64,000 nucleotides of DNA from positions 1,289 to 65,288 of the forward strand of contig JAJZVO010000021.1 in assembly GCA_021845665.1 (NCBI GenBank), read 5' to 3'. Below, one piece after another: positions 1-8,398 of the stretch (position 1 is its first letter; each line of letters begins with the position of its first letter). The position numbers and the translations under genes are program-made. This stretch comes from Bacteroidota bacterium. GTDB lineage: Bacteria > Bacteroidota > Ignavibacteria > Kryptoniales > JAKASW01. Below the pieces are notes generated by a model, which searched no databases, was not told the origin of the DNA, and saw nothing but the letters and a program-made list of their open reading frames with translations.

Positions 1-1305
1 TTCCCTAGTACATGTTCCGATGTGAATGGGAGATACATGGGCTACGATGGCAACGTTCACACGACAAGTAAAGGTCGTGTTCAATACGCCAATTTTTCCG
101 GATGGGACATTTACAGGAGCGAATGCCAGCTTCTTGCCATGTTGGTTCCGAAGCACGCGAGCGACATGGCACAGTCTCTGCTCGTCGATTATCAACAGGG
201 AGGGGCTTTCCCGCGATGGGGAGTGCCGAACATGGACAGCGGAGTAATGATGGGCGATCCTGCGGCACCGGTGATCGCCGACTTCTATGCTTTTGGCGCG
301 AGGGATTTCGACGCGAAAGCCGCACTTGCCGGCTTGGTGAAGGCGGCCACCGATCCGCATGTCGTGGCACAGCGCTCTTACACTTATGAACGCGATGCAC
401 TCGCGGACTGCCTGAAACTCGGCTATGTCCCTGAACACCAGAAAGGCGGTTTCGGTACGGTCTCGATGACGCTGGAATACAATACATCTGATTTTGCCGT
501 CTCTCGACTCGCGAAGGCACTTGGAGATACCGCCGACTCACGTTTGCTCCTCAGTCACGCTCAGTTCTGGAAGAATATTTATAATTCGAAAACAGGCTAC
601 ATACAGATGCGCCGCCGCGACGGTTCATGGGCCCCCGGCTTCAAGAGAAACGTCATCAGCTGCGACGGCGTTCGTGCGTATGTCGAGGGAACCGCGGGAC
701 AATACACTTGGATGGTACCGTTCAACCTGAATGGGCTTGCCGAGAAAATGGGGGGCAGAAGAATCGCCACCGCCAGATTGGATTCGTTCTTTACCAAACT
801 GAATGTCGGCGACGGCGGGAAGGATGGCTGGATGGCGTGGATGGGAAACGAGCCCTGTCTCGAAACGCCCTGGATATACTGTTTCCTCGGAAGGCCTTAT
901 AAAACACAAGAGACCGTCAGACGGGTGATGACTACACTCTTCTCCGACAGACCGGACGCTTATCCGGGAAACGACGACCTTGGTGAAATGTCGTCATGGT
1001 ACGTCTGGGGTGCCATGGGAATGTATCCGGAAATTCCTGGCGACAACGTGCTCGTTCTCGGGAGTCCTTTGTTCAGGAAAATCGTGCTCCATCTGAAACG
1101 CGGTGAGGTCACGATCTCAGCCCGCGGCGCTTCGGAAAACGCGCCTTACGTCCGAAGCCTGATCGTCAATGGACGAGGAACGGACAAACCATGGATAAGG
1201 TTTAAGGACATTTCTCACGGAGGATCTCTCGGATTTGATCTCTCTTCCTCGCCGGACAAGCAGTGGGGGAGACCCCCTGACGATTCCCCTCCTTCATATA
1301 ATTGA
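1..1305 (+). CDS. Glycoside hydrolase family 92 (alpha-mannosidase-like), C-terminal ~430 aa; the 5' end lies outside the window
   Basis: Frame 1 is open from nt 1, with no stop before the listed GTG at 22. The translation has GH92-type blocks as I remember them: QYANFSGWDIYRS, GGAFPRWG, GDPAAPVIADFYAFG, YVEGTAGQYTWMVPFN, GNEPCLETPWIY. Confidence 0.8.
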   Translation, partial: FPSTCSDVNGRYMGYDGNVHTTSKGRVQYANFSGWDIYRSECQLLAMLVPKHASDMAQSLLVDYQQGGAFPRWGVPNMDSGVMMGDPAAPVIADFYAFGARDFDAKAALAGLVKAATDPHVVAQRSYTYERDALADCLKLGYVPEHQKGGFGTVSMTLEYNTSDFAVSRLAKALGDTADSRLLLSHAQFWKNIYNSKTGYIQMRRRDGSWAPGFKRNVISCDGVRAYVEGTAGQYTWMVPFNLNGLAEKMGGRRIATARLDSFFTKLNVGDGGKDGWMAWMGNEPCLETPWIYCFLGRPYKTQETVRRVMTTLFSDRPDAYPGNDDLGEMSSWYVWGAMGMYPEIPGDNVLVLGSPLFRKIVLHLKRGEVTISARGASENAPYVRSLIVNGRGTDKPWIRFKDISHGGSLGFDLSSSPDKQWGRPPDDSPPSYN

Positions 1306-1354
1306 CTATGAATTGAATTACTATCGCACAATAAACAGTAAAATCGGAATTCAG

Positions 1355-2452
1355 ATGAACGATACGAAAATTGAATTGAAGACATCTACACCCGGAAGAG
1401 TCTGCCTCTTCGGTGAGCACCAGGATTACCTCAACCTTCCGATAATCGCTTCCGCGATTTCATTGAGAATCGGCATCGAAGGGCATAAACGAGAAGACTC
1501 GAAGGTCATAATTCACCTGCCGGATATTAATGACGAAGAAATCTTTTCCCTCGGCAAACCGATAACGTATGACAAGGAGAGAGACTACCTGAAGAGCGTC
1601 GTCAATGTCCTGAAGCGGCACGGGTTGACATTTTCGAAGGGCGTCGAATGTACGGTAGAAGGGGAGATACCGATAAATGCAGGCACCTCCAGCTCATCTG
1701 CGCTTATCGTGACATGGGTGAATTTCCTCTCGAGGATGAGCGACCAATCGGCACAGCTGTCTGCAGAAACTATCGCCGAATACGCTTACGAAGCCGAAGT
1801 CCTCGAATTTTCAGAGCCCGGCGGAATGATGGATCAGTATTCCACTTCGATAGGCGGGATAATATTCCTCGACTCTTTTCCGAAAATTGAAATCAAGAAA
1901 CTGAATCCGAAACTCGGTAATCTGGTCCTCGGTAATTCCGGCGAGCCCAAGGACACGAAATCCATCCTCGCGAGAGTGAAGAACCAGATCCAGAAAGTCG
2001 TTAAAGAATTGCAGAAATCTCACCCCGATTTCTTACTGCGTACGGTGACGGAGGTGGGGATCGACAACTATGCTTCGATGCTGACCGGCGAGCAGGCGGA
2101 GCTCTTGAAAGGAACTGTCAGGAACAGGGACATTACCTTCAAAGCCTTGAAAGCTCTGACCGAACCGGCACTCGATCACAAGCTCATCGGTGATCTGATG
2201 AATGAGCATCAGAAGGTACTGCGCGACATTTTGAAGATATCCACCCCGAAGATCGACAGGATGATCGCCGCTGCTTTAAATGCGGGGGCCTATGGTGCGA
2301 AGATAAACGGCTCCGGCGGCGGTGGATGCATGTTTGCTTACGCGCCGCAGAATCCACAAATAGTTCGGGAGGCCATCGAGAAAGAAGGCGGTGAGGCCTG
2401 GGTGCTCTCGGTCGACGGGGGCACCAGGTCGAGCGTCATGGAGGCGAAGTGA
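1355..2452 (+). CDS. GHMP-family sugar kinase (galactokinase-like anomeric kinase)
   Basis: I place the start at ATG 1355 (MNDTKIEL...) rather than the listed 1235, which overlaps the GH92 end. GHMP motifs are present: PGRVCLFGEHQDY near the N-terminus, PINAGTSSSSAL (phosphate-binding motif II) and KINGSGGGGCMFA (motif III). Confidence 0.8.
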   Translation: MNDTKIELKTSTPGRVCLFGEHQDYLNLPIIASAISLRIGIEGHKREDSKVIIHLPDINDEEIFSLGKPITYDKERDYLKSVVNVLKRHGLTFSKGVECTVEGEIPINAGTSSSSALIVTWVNFLSRMSDQSAQLSAETIAEYAYEAEVLEFSEPGGMMDQYSTSIGGIIFLDSFPKIEIKKLNPKLGNLVLGNSGEPKDTKSILARVKNQIQKVVKELQKSHPDFLLRTVTEVGIDNYASMLTGEQAELLKGTVRNRDITFKALKALTEPALDHKLIGDLMNEHQKVLRDILKISTPKIDRMIAAALNAGAYGAKINGSGGGGCMFAYAPQNPQIVREAIEKEGGEAWVLSVDGGTRSSVMEAK

Positions 2453-2856
2453 TGGTGCGAGCCAGATTGGCAATCCTCGCCGGCGGAATATCTTCGAGAA
2501 TGAAAAAACCGCCGGAACATGACCTCAAAGTAGAGCAGTCCCTGGTCAACGACGCGAACCTCAAGGCCAAGACGATGATAGGCGTGGGGAAAGGTGGGCG
2601 CCCGTTCCTCGATTATCTTATGAATATATTTGAATTTCAGTACGACATGATCTACCCGTTTCTCGAGAAAGTACCTTTCGACCCTATACGGAATGAAAAG
2701 GAACTCCCTACCGCCGTTAAGATGATGGTGGACGCATACCCGAAGAGCCTTTTCCCTTACCCGGTGTCCGAGCATGTTCCCGACCTGACAAGCAAGAGTG
2801 ACATACTCCCGGTCAAAGAATATCTGGAGGAGAATTTTGCGAACCTTACGCTCTGA
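2449..2856 (+). CDS. Sugar-phosphate nucleotidyltransferase-like ORF, abnormally short (135 aa); the central catalytic core appears to be missing
   Basis: ATGA overlap with the kinase stop. The N-terminus LAILAGGISSRMKK...GVGKGGRPFLDYLM is the nucleotide-binding signature of NTP-transferases. About 60 aa later the protein runs straight into a C-terminal-looking block (ELPTAVKMMVD...VPDLTSKSDILPVKEYL). Normal family members are roughly 230-350 aa. Confidence 0.5.
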   Translation: MMVRARLAILAGGISSRMKKPPEHDLKVEQSLVNDANLKAKTMIGVGKGGRPFLDYLMNIFEFQYDMIYPFLEKVPFDPIRNEKELPTAVKMMVDAYPKSLFPYPVSEHVPDLTSKSDILPVKEYLEENFANLTL

Positions 2857-3724
2857 GAACAACGCGATTGACCGCTTCGTCCATGGACCTTGGAATGTGG
2901 ATTACCATCTCAACGATGGCGGTCGGCTGACACGAATCGCCTATAAGGACTACGACCTCCTTACCCGCGCGCCTTCTGAGTTCAGGCCGCCACAGAAGGA
3001 TCACGGCCAGTTCGAGAACAGGCCGGTCTACGGCTATGACGACTGTTTCCCGTCGGTCGTCTCGTGTTTCTTTCCTGAAAAGAGAATCAGCATCCCCGAT
3101 CACGGCGAGCTCTGCTGGCTTCCATGGGAGATCCAGGAAGAACAAAATGCCCTTCTGTTCACCGTCGAAAGCAAGCTCCTCCCGTTCAAATTCAAACGAA
3201 GGATGCTCTTTACCGATTCGGCAATCGTGTGGAATTTTGAAGTTGGAAATGATGGCGACGAACGGCTTCCTTTTCAGCATTCGATGCACCCGCTTGTAAG
3301 AGCGGACGAAATAAAAAGTGTCTCTCTCCCTTGTTTCGATTCCGTCTTCGATTGGAACAGGAACCGCCCGACGGATGCAATGAACTCCGGCAATCTTCGG
3401 GACTTCCTTGTGAAGAGTAAAAAGGGGGCCGTCGAAATGCTTTTCGTCAGGGGGATCAAATCGGGTGAATTGAGCTGGACTTACCGGACCGGTCTGACGG
3501 TAAGAATGAAATTTCCTTCCGAACTGTTCCCGACTCTGGGCATATGGTGGGACAAGGGCGGATATCCGGATGAGAAAGGTATCGCCCGAAATGAATGCGC
3601 CTTCGAGCCGACGCCGGGTTCGACGAGCCTGCTGAGTCAGGCCTACGCCGACGGTGAATGTCTGTTTGTCGGTCCCGGCGAGAAATTCCGGTGGCAAATA
3701 ACATGGGAAGTCGATGCCCCATAA
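2798..3724 (+). CDS. Galactose-mutarotase/aldose-1-epimerase-like superfamily protein
   Basis: 308-codon ORF beginning at GTG 2798. There is no ATG near the 5' end, so the start is uncertain, and it overlaps the upstream ORF by 59 nt. Blocks such as YGYDDCFPSV, IPDHGELCWLPW and LPFQHSMHPLV resemble the His/Asp/Glu-rich mutarotase-fold signature. A 298-aa antisense ORF is treated as a shadow. Confidence 0.5.
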   Translation: MTYSRSKNIWRRILRTLRSENNAIDRFVHGPWNVDYHLNDGGRLTRIAYKDYDLLTRAPSEFRPPQKDHGQFENRPVYGYDDCFPSVVSCFFPEKRISIPDHGELCWLPWEIQEEQNALLFTVESKLLPFKFKRRMLFTDSAIVWNFEVGNDGDERLPFQHSMHPLVRADEIKSVSLPCFDSVFDWNRNRPTDAMNSGNLRDFLVKSKKGAVEMLFVRGIKSGELSWTYRTGLTVRMKFPSELFPTLGIWWDKGGYPDEKGIARNECAFEPTPGSTSLLSQAYADGECLFVGPGEKFRWQITWEVDAP

Positions 3725-3733
3725 CTTCTTTTC

Positions 3734-6700
3734 GTGTTTCAAATGAATTTTTTTCCGGTGAAATCTAATTTAAGAATGTATTCTAACCGTCTTCATCTCT
3801 CAGAAAGGATCCATATAGTGCAGTCAGACAAGATCGGCTTTGTACGCAGGGGACAATTCAAGTTTAACGGTATGATCGGGCTGATTTTGATAACGCTTGC
3901 CTTTCCGCTGCAGGCGAAAGTCCTAACGCCACACGGTACGGTGACGGTGAGGGAATATGAACGCGTCTTCACGACTTATCCGTATTCCGATCCGGATCCG
4001 GTTCCGGCGATGTCCAGAATCTACCCGTACTTCAGGTATGACGGGTACACGGACAAGCCGATAAAGAAGAAGTGGAAGATCGTCGAGCTCTCGAACAAGT
4101 ATATAAAGGTACTCATCACGCCGCAGATCGGAGGGAAAATCTGGACTGCGATCGAGAAATCGACCGGAAGGCCTTTCATCTATTTCAACGGAGTCGTGAA
4201 ATTCCGTGACATCTCGGAGCGGGGCCCGTGGACAAGTGGAGGCATTGAACCGAACTACGGTATCTTCGGCCATACCCCCGATTGTTTCTCCCCCGTGGAT
4301 TACCGTATTGAGAAACATGCAGACGGCAGTGTGAGCTGCATAATCGGTGCGCTCGACCTTCTGACCCGCAGCACATGGCGGATCGATATAAGGCTCCGTC
4401 CCGGCGTCGCGTATTTTACGACGCATTCGATCTGGCAGAACGGCTCCGGAATGGAAGAACCGTATTACTCATGGATGAACGCTGCAGAGAAGGCAAGCGG
4501 GAACCTGCAGTTCATCTATCCCGGAACGAATTGGATATTTCATACCGGCACCGTCCATCCCTGGCCGATCGACACCGCGAACGGCCACAACATTTCGTGG
4601 TACGACCAGAACGACTTCGGCGGCGCGAAGTCGTATCATGTCCTCGGGAAGTTTACCCGATTTTACGGCGCATACTGGCACGACTATAATTTCGGGATGG
4701 CCCATTACGCCTCTTACGGCCACAAGCTCGGAAAGAAGATCTGGATATGGGGACTGTCTGGCCAGGGAATGATCTGGAAAAAGCTCCTGACGGATAAGAG
4801 CGGCCAGTACGTCGAGATGCAGTCCGGCAGGCTCTTCAATCAGGCCATGCCCCAGAGTACTTATACGCCCTTCAAGCATAAGGGCTTCGCTCCCTACGGA
4901 ACCGATACCTGGACTGAGTACTGGATGCCCGTCAAGGGAATCGGCGGTTTCGTCACCGCCAGCCCGCTCGGCGCAATGAACGTCACGCGCAATGGAAAGG
5001 AAGTCGTTGTCGGTATCTCACCGGTCCGCCCGTATCATGGAACGCTGAGTCTCTTTGACCGCGACAGCCTTCTGTACAGCCGTGAAGTGAGTCTGAAGAC
5101 AATGCAGCCGGTCGAGGACACGGTCCGTCTCAGGGAAGTCCCCGGGCAGCTTCGTGTCACCGTCGGAGGCGATAAGTTGGAATATGCCTCCGGCAACGGA
5201 GACGACCTGACACGGCCTCTGTTCTCTCCGAAAAACTTCGATTGGAATTCGACATACGGTCTTTATGTGCTCGGCAAAGAATGCGTCCGGCGTAGGCAAT
5301 ACGCCGAGGCCGACAGTGATTTCCAGAAATGTCTCTTGAAGAACGCGTACTTTGCTCCAGCGCTTGAGCAGATGGCCTCGCTTGAAAACCGGCGGGCAGA
5401 TTACCGGTCGGCTTACGATTATGCCAGGACTGCATTGAGTATAGACACGTACGATCCTGAGGCGAATTATCAGTTTGGACTCGCGAGCGTCGGGCTGGGT
5501 CACGAAGCAGACGCAAAGGCTGCTTTCAGTATTGCTGCACTTACTCAAGGCTGGCGAAGCGCCGCATGTACCGCGCTTGCAAAAGAGTACATGCGTGAGA
5601 AAAAATGCGATCGGGTCCTCGCAAACGCGAAGGAAAGCCTGAACTATGACAGGTTCAACCTCGACGCGCTCAGGCTCGAAGTGTGCGCCGACCGGCTGAC
5701 CGGCGATGGAGCCGCCGCGAATTCGGTCCTGAAGTTCATGGAGAAGATCGATCCGCTCAGCCATTTCGCCCAGTTCGAGGAGTATCTCATGGGTAAAGCA
5801 AGCGCGGGACAGTTTACCGGAATGATTCGCAGCGATCTTGCCTATCAGACTTATCTTGAGCTCGCCGCATGGTATCACGACATCGGTCTTAACGGAGACG
5901 CCGTCAAGGTGCTCGAACTCGCCCCGCGTCAGGCTGAAGTCCTGTACTGGCTCGCCTATCTCAAACATGATACGAAACTTCTTACTCAGGCAAATGCTGC
6001 TTCGCCGGATTTCGTCTTCCCATTCCGGATCGAGTCGCTTGGCGTCTTCGAGTGGGCGGAGAAACACAGCACGACCTGGCAGCCGAAGTATTATCTTGCG
6101 CTGCTTCGATGGTTCGAAGGAGACATCAAACGGGCTGGCGAGCTTCTGGCCTCTTGCGGCAATAAACCTCGCTTCGCACCGTTCTATGGTGCCCGCGCAC
6201 AGGTCATCTCTGCCGAAGCGATACCAGACCTGCAGCGCGCGGCAACGCTCGATCCGGGCCAGTGGCGATACGGGTATATGATGGCACAGCTCTACCTAGC
6301 CCAGGGAAACTATGCCGCTGCCGATAAAATCGCCGGTGAATACGGCAGCCGGTTTCCTGGCAACAGCAGTCTCATAAAGCTGCAAGCGCAGACGCTGATC
6401 TCGACAGGACGTTACGATTCTGCCGTGAAGCTGCTCTTGTCCTCAAATCTACTTCCGGCTGAAGGCGTTAAGAAAGCTCATACGCTTTACCGCGAGGCCT
6501 ACCTGATGGAAGCCGTCAGGAGTATGAAGGCCGGGTCCTACCGGGACGCGCTGAAGGAAATAGAATTGGCCCGCAAATGGCCCGAGAACCTCGGCGTCGG
6601 AATGCCGTATCCGAAAGACATCGACGACAGGATGGAGAACTGGCTTTCACTTCAGTGCTACCGTCATCTTGGAATGAAGGAGGACGCGGGCCGGACACTC

Positions 6701-6991
6701 GAAGTGTTGGCCCTGCAGCTGTGGCCGGAGACCGGTAACCTGACCGTCTCCAAGCCTCGGAGCTTTGAGGGGAATACCTCCGGCGGATTAATTCACGCGC
6801 TCGCATTGAAAGAAGACGGACGCGATGCCGAGGCACGTGAAGTCCTTCACGCCTGGATGAAAGAAGACACGAGCAGCGCCATGGCAAACTGGGGAGAGAA
6901 AGTGTTCAACGGTGAACGTGTGTCACTTCCCATTAGCGTACAGGACGCCGGCTGCCAGGTGCTCGATGCGTGGCTTAACGAGAGAAAGTGA
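3734..6991 (+). CDS. Large secreted DUF5107-like (mutarotase-fold N-terminal domain) protein with C-terminal TPR repeats
   Basis: 1085-codon ORF. Alternative starts are ATG 3734 or ATG 3872, and the hydrophobic leader MIGLILITLAFPLQA follows 3872. The N-terminal block W.IVELSNKYIKVLITPQIGGKIW...GPWTSGGIEPNYG matches my memory of DUF5107. The C-terminal ~550 aa is helical, Ala/Leu/Tyr-rich and TPR-like. Confidence 0.75.
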   Translation: MFQMNFFPVKSNLRMYSNRLHLSERIHIVQSDKIGFVRRGQFKFNGMIGLILITLAFPLQAKVLTPHGTVTVREYERVFTTYPYSDPDPVPAMSRIYPYFRYDGYTDKPIKKKWKIVELSNKYIKVLITPQIGGKIWTAIEKSTGRPFIYFNGVVKFRDISERGPWTSGGIEPNYGIFGHTPDCFSPVDYRIEKHADGSVSCIIGALDLLTRSTWRIDIRLRPGVAYFTTHSIWQNGSGMEEPYYSWMNAAEKASGNLQFIYPGTNWIFHTGTVHPWPIDTANGHNISWYDQNDFGGAKSYHVLGKFTRFYGAYWHDYNFGMAHYASYGHKLGKKIWIWGLSGQGMIWKKLLTDKSGQYVEMQSGRLFNQAMPQSTYTPFKHKGFAPYGTDTWTEYWMPVKGIGGFVTASPLGAMNVTRNGKEVVVGISPVRPYHGTLSLFDRDSLLYSREVSLKTMQPVEDTVRLREVPGQLRVTVGGDKLEYASGNGDDLTRPLFSPKNFDWNSTYGLYVLGKECVRRRQYAEADSDFQKCLLKNAYFAPALEQMASLENRRADYRSAYDYARTALSIDTYDPEANYQFGLASVGLGHEADAKAAFSIAALTQGWRSAACTALAKEYMREKKCDRVLANAKESLNYDRFNLDALRLEVCADRLTGDGAAANSVLKFMEKIDPLSHFAQFEEYLMGKASAGQFTGMIRSDLAYQTYLELAAWYHDIGLNGDAVKVLELAPRQAEVLYWLAYLKHDTKLLTQANAASPDFVFPFRIESLGVFEWAEKHSTTWQPKYYLALLRWFEGDIKRAGELLASCGNKPRFAPFYGARAQVISAEAIPDLQRAATLDPGQWRYGYMMAQLYLAQGNYAAADKIAGEYGSRFPGNSSLIKLQAQTLISTGRYDSAVKLLLSSNLLPAEGVKKAHTLYREAYLMEAVRSMKAGSYRDALKEIELARKWPENLGVGMPYPKDIDDRMENWLSLQCYRHLGMKEDAGRTLEVLALQLWPETGNLTVSKPRSFEGNTSGGLIHALALKEDGRDAEAREVLHAWMKEDTSSAMANWGEKVFNGERVSLPISVQDAGCQVLDAWLNERK

Positions 6992-7002
6992 AGCTCACTA
7001 TT

Positions 7003-7359
7003 TTATAAACGGTGTAGCGCAAGCGCCCTGTCCTTGGAGGAGAGGGTAAGGGTGAGGTAGACGGACAAATCTAATGTCCCTTCTTCCCCTCCCAGAGATG
7101 TCCGGTTCTTGTACCCTTTCTGTGGACATGATTTCCGTCGCGGCGGTAACTCTATTAACCCCTTCCTCTCCAATTCTCTGAGCACTTCTCTGCACTGCAT
7201 ATCCCGCAACTTCCCTTTTGGCGTTCGCCATCCCCACGCCTCACAAACTCTCCTCGATATGTACGTCCGCCCTTTTTCCCCTTCTTCTCTTATCATCCGC
7301 CGTACTAACTCTACATCTTCTTCCGTCGCTGTCTCTAAGAACCTTTTTGTCTCTGGCAT
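7003..7359 (-). pseudogene. N-terminal fragment of a DUF4338 (Druantia DruA-like) gene; the C-terminal two thirds are absent
   Basis: From ATG 7359 the ORF reads MPETKRFLETATEEDVELVRRMIREEGEKGRTYISRRVCEAWGWRTPKGKLRDMQCREVLRELERKGLIELPPRR. This is the characteristic N-terminal winged-helix block of DUF4338 proteins as I remember them. It stops after ~118 aa, whereas family members are roughly 300+ aa. Confidence 0.45.
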
Positions 7360-7845
7360 CGTCTCTGCCTCAAATATACAGAATCCCCCTCCACGAGTCC
7401 AGCCCCCCACTTCATCTCTCTTCTTATCTTTGCCCTGTAACTGAGCGGTTACTTTTGAACGCGGCGTCCTGAAAGTTTGGAACTTTCCCTTTCCATAATG
7501 AGAAATAAGAAGAAAGTAGTCATTGGACGCTTGATCTGGCAGCTTTTGTGGACAAAGAGGTCCCAATTCCCATGCGGACAAGGTATGTCATCCCCCAGGC
7601 TTTCGATAATTTTGGGGCAAAGCCGCGCATTTTATGGTTTTTTTTCCGGTCCATGCGCGACGGCTTGTGACAAGTCAGACGGGGTCTCCGACAAATTTGT
7701 GAAACTATCGCCATTCGTTAAAATGAACGGCTCAAAAAGTCTCAAAACCCCATTCAGGGTTTCGGGCACCTTCACAGGCGTCCATTTTTAATGGATGCCG
7801 ATGGTGCGTTATATTTTTGTCGCACACCCAGTCACACGGTAAGGG

Positions 7846-7874
7846 TTGAAAAATTCGTTGTCAGGGCGTATATT
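7846..7874 (+). promoter_or_regulatory. Sigma-70-like promoter candidate for the rimP-nusA-infB operon
   Basis: TTGAAA (7846-7851), a 17-nt spacer, then TATATT (7869-7874), about 55 nt upstream of the rimP ATG. Confidence 0.4.
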
Positions 7875-7890
7875 TTACTTGTCTCGGACG

Positions 7891-7921
7891 AATAGCCCGG
7901 AATTTCTGGGCTATTTTTTTT
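7891..7921 (+). terminator. Intrinsic-terminator-like hairpin in the rimP-nusA leader (possible attenuator)
   Basis: AATAGCCC (7891-7898) pairs with GGGCTATT (7908-7915) around a 9-nt loop. A run of 8 T (7914-7921) follows and ends 7 nt before the rimP ATG at 7929. Confidence 0.55.
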
Positions 7922-7928
7922 AGAAGGA

Positions 7929-8387
7929 ATGGAGAATATAGAAAAAATAGAGAAGCTTCGTCAGTTGCTCGAACCCGTGGCACAAGGGAAGAGCGCCTTT
8001 ATCGTCGACATTACTCTTCGCGGTGAAGGGAGGCACCAGCTTCTCGATCTCTTCTGCGAGACTGACACAGGAATAACGATCAGTCAATGTGCAGAGATAA
8101 GCCGGGAGGTACTACCTTTAATAGAATCGTCAGGCATACTCGGCGAGAGCTTCAGGCTTGACGTATCTTCTCCGGGGGTCGGCACTCCGTTAAGAGACCG
8201 GAGGCAATATAGGAGCAATGTCGGAAGGCTCATGTCCGTCAAGTACAGGGATGGCGAAGAGGTAAAAGAGGCAGAAGGCGATTTGGTGGAATTCACTGAA
8301 GACAGGATATTCTTGAAAACAAGAACGGCTTCGATGGAACTCGGATTCGACTCGATATTAGAAGCGAGAGTTAAAATCAGATGGTGA
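7929..8387 (+). CDS. rimP: Ribosome maturation factor RimP
   Basis: 152 aa, located immediately upstream of nusA. Typical RimP layout, with the DVSSPG block (LDVSSPGVGTPL). Confidence 0.9.
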   Translation: MENIEKIEKLRQLLEPVAQGKSAFIVDITLRGEGRHQLLDLFCETDTGITISQCAEISREVLPLIESSGILGESFRLDVSSPGVGTPLRDRRQYRSNVGRLMSVKYRDGEEVKEAEGDLVEFTEDRIFLKTRTASMELGFDSILEARVKIRW

Positions 8388-8398
8388 TAGGAGGATAA

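Noticed and set aside
2846-3742. 298-aa minus-strand ORF opposite the mutarotase-like gene. Similar long antisense ORFs lie at 5-541, 5018-6067, 10272-10838, 15085-16116, 22908-23735, 25104-25928, 43506-43727, 47982-48749 and 60991-61527.
   Set aside because: Each lies fully inside a plus-strand gene with clear family motifs (GH92, DUF5107, infB, pnp, coaBC, PAP2, glnD, the giant ORF). Their translations are Arg/Ser/Pro-rich with no recognisable motifs. These are typical shadow ORFs of a moderately GC-rich genome.
7477-7791. 104-aa plus-strand ORF in the spacer upstream of rimP.
   Set aside because: It has no RBS and no motifs, and it overlaps other equally weak ORFs on both strands. The region is better described as non-coding or decayed.
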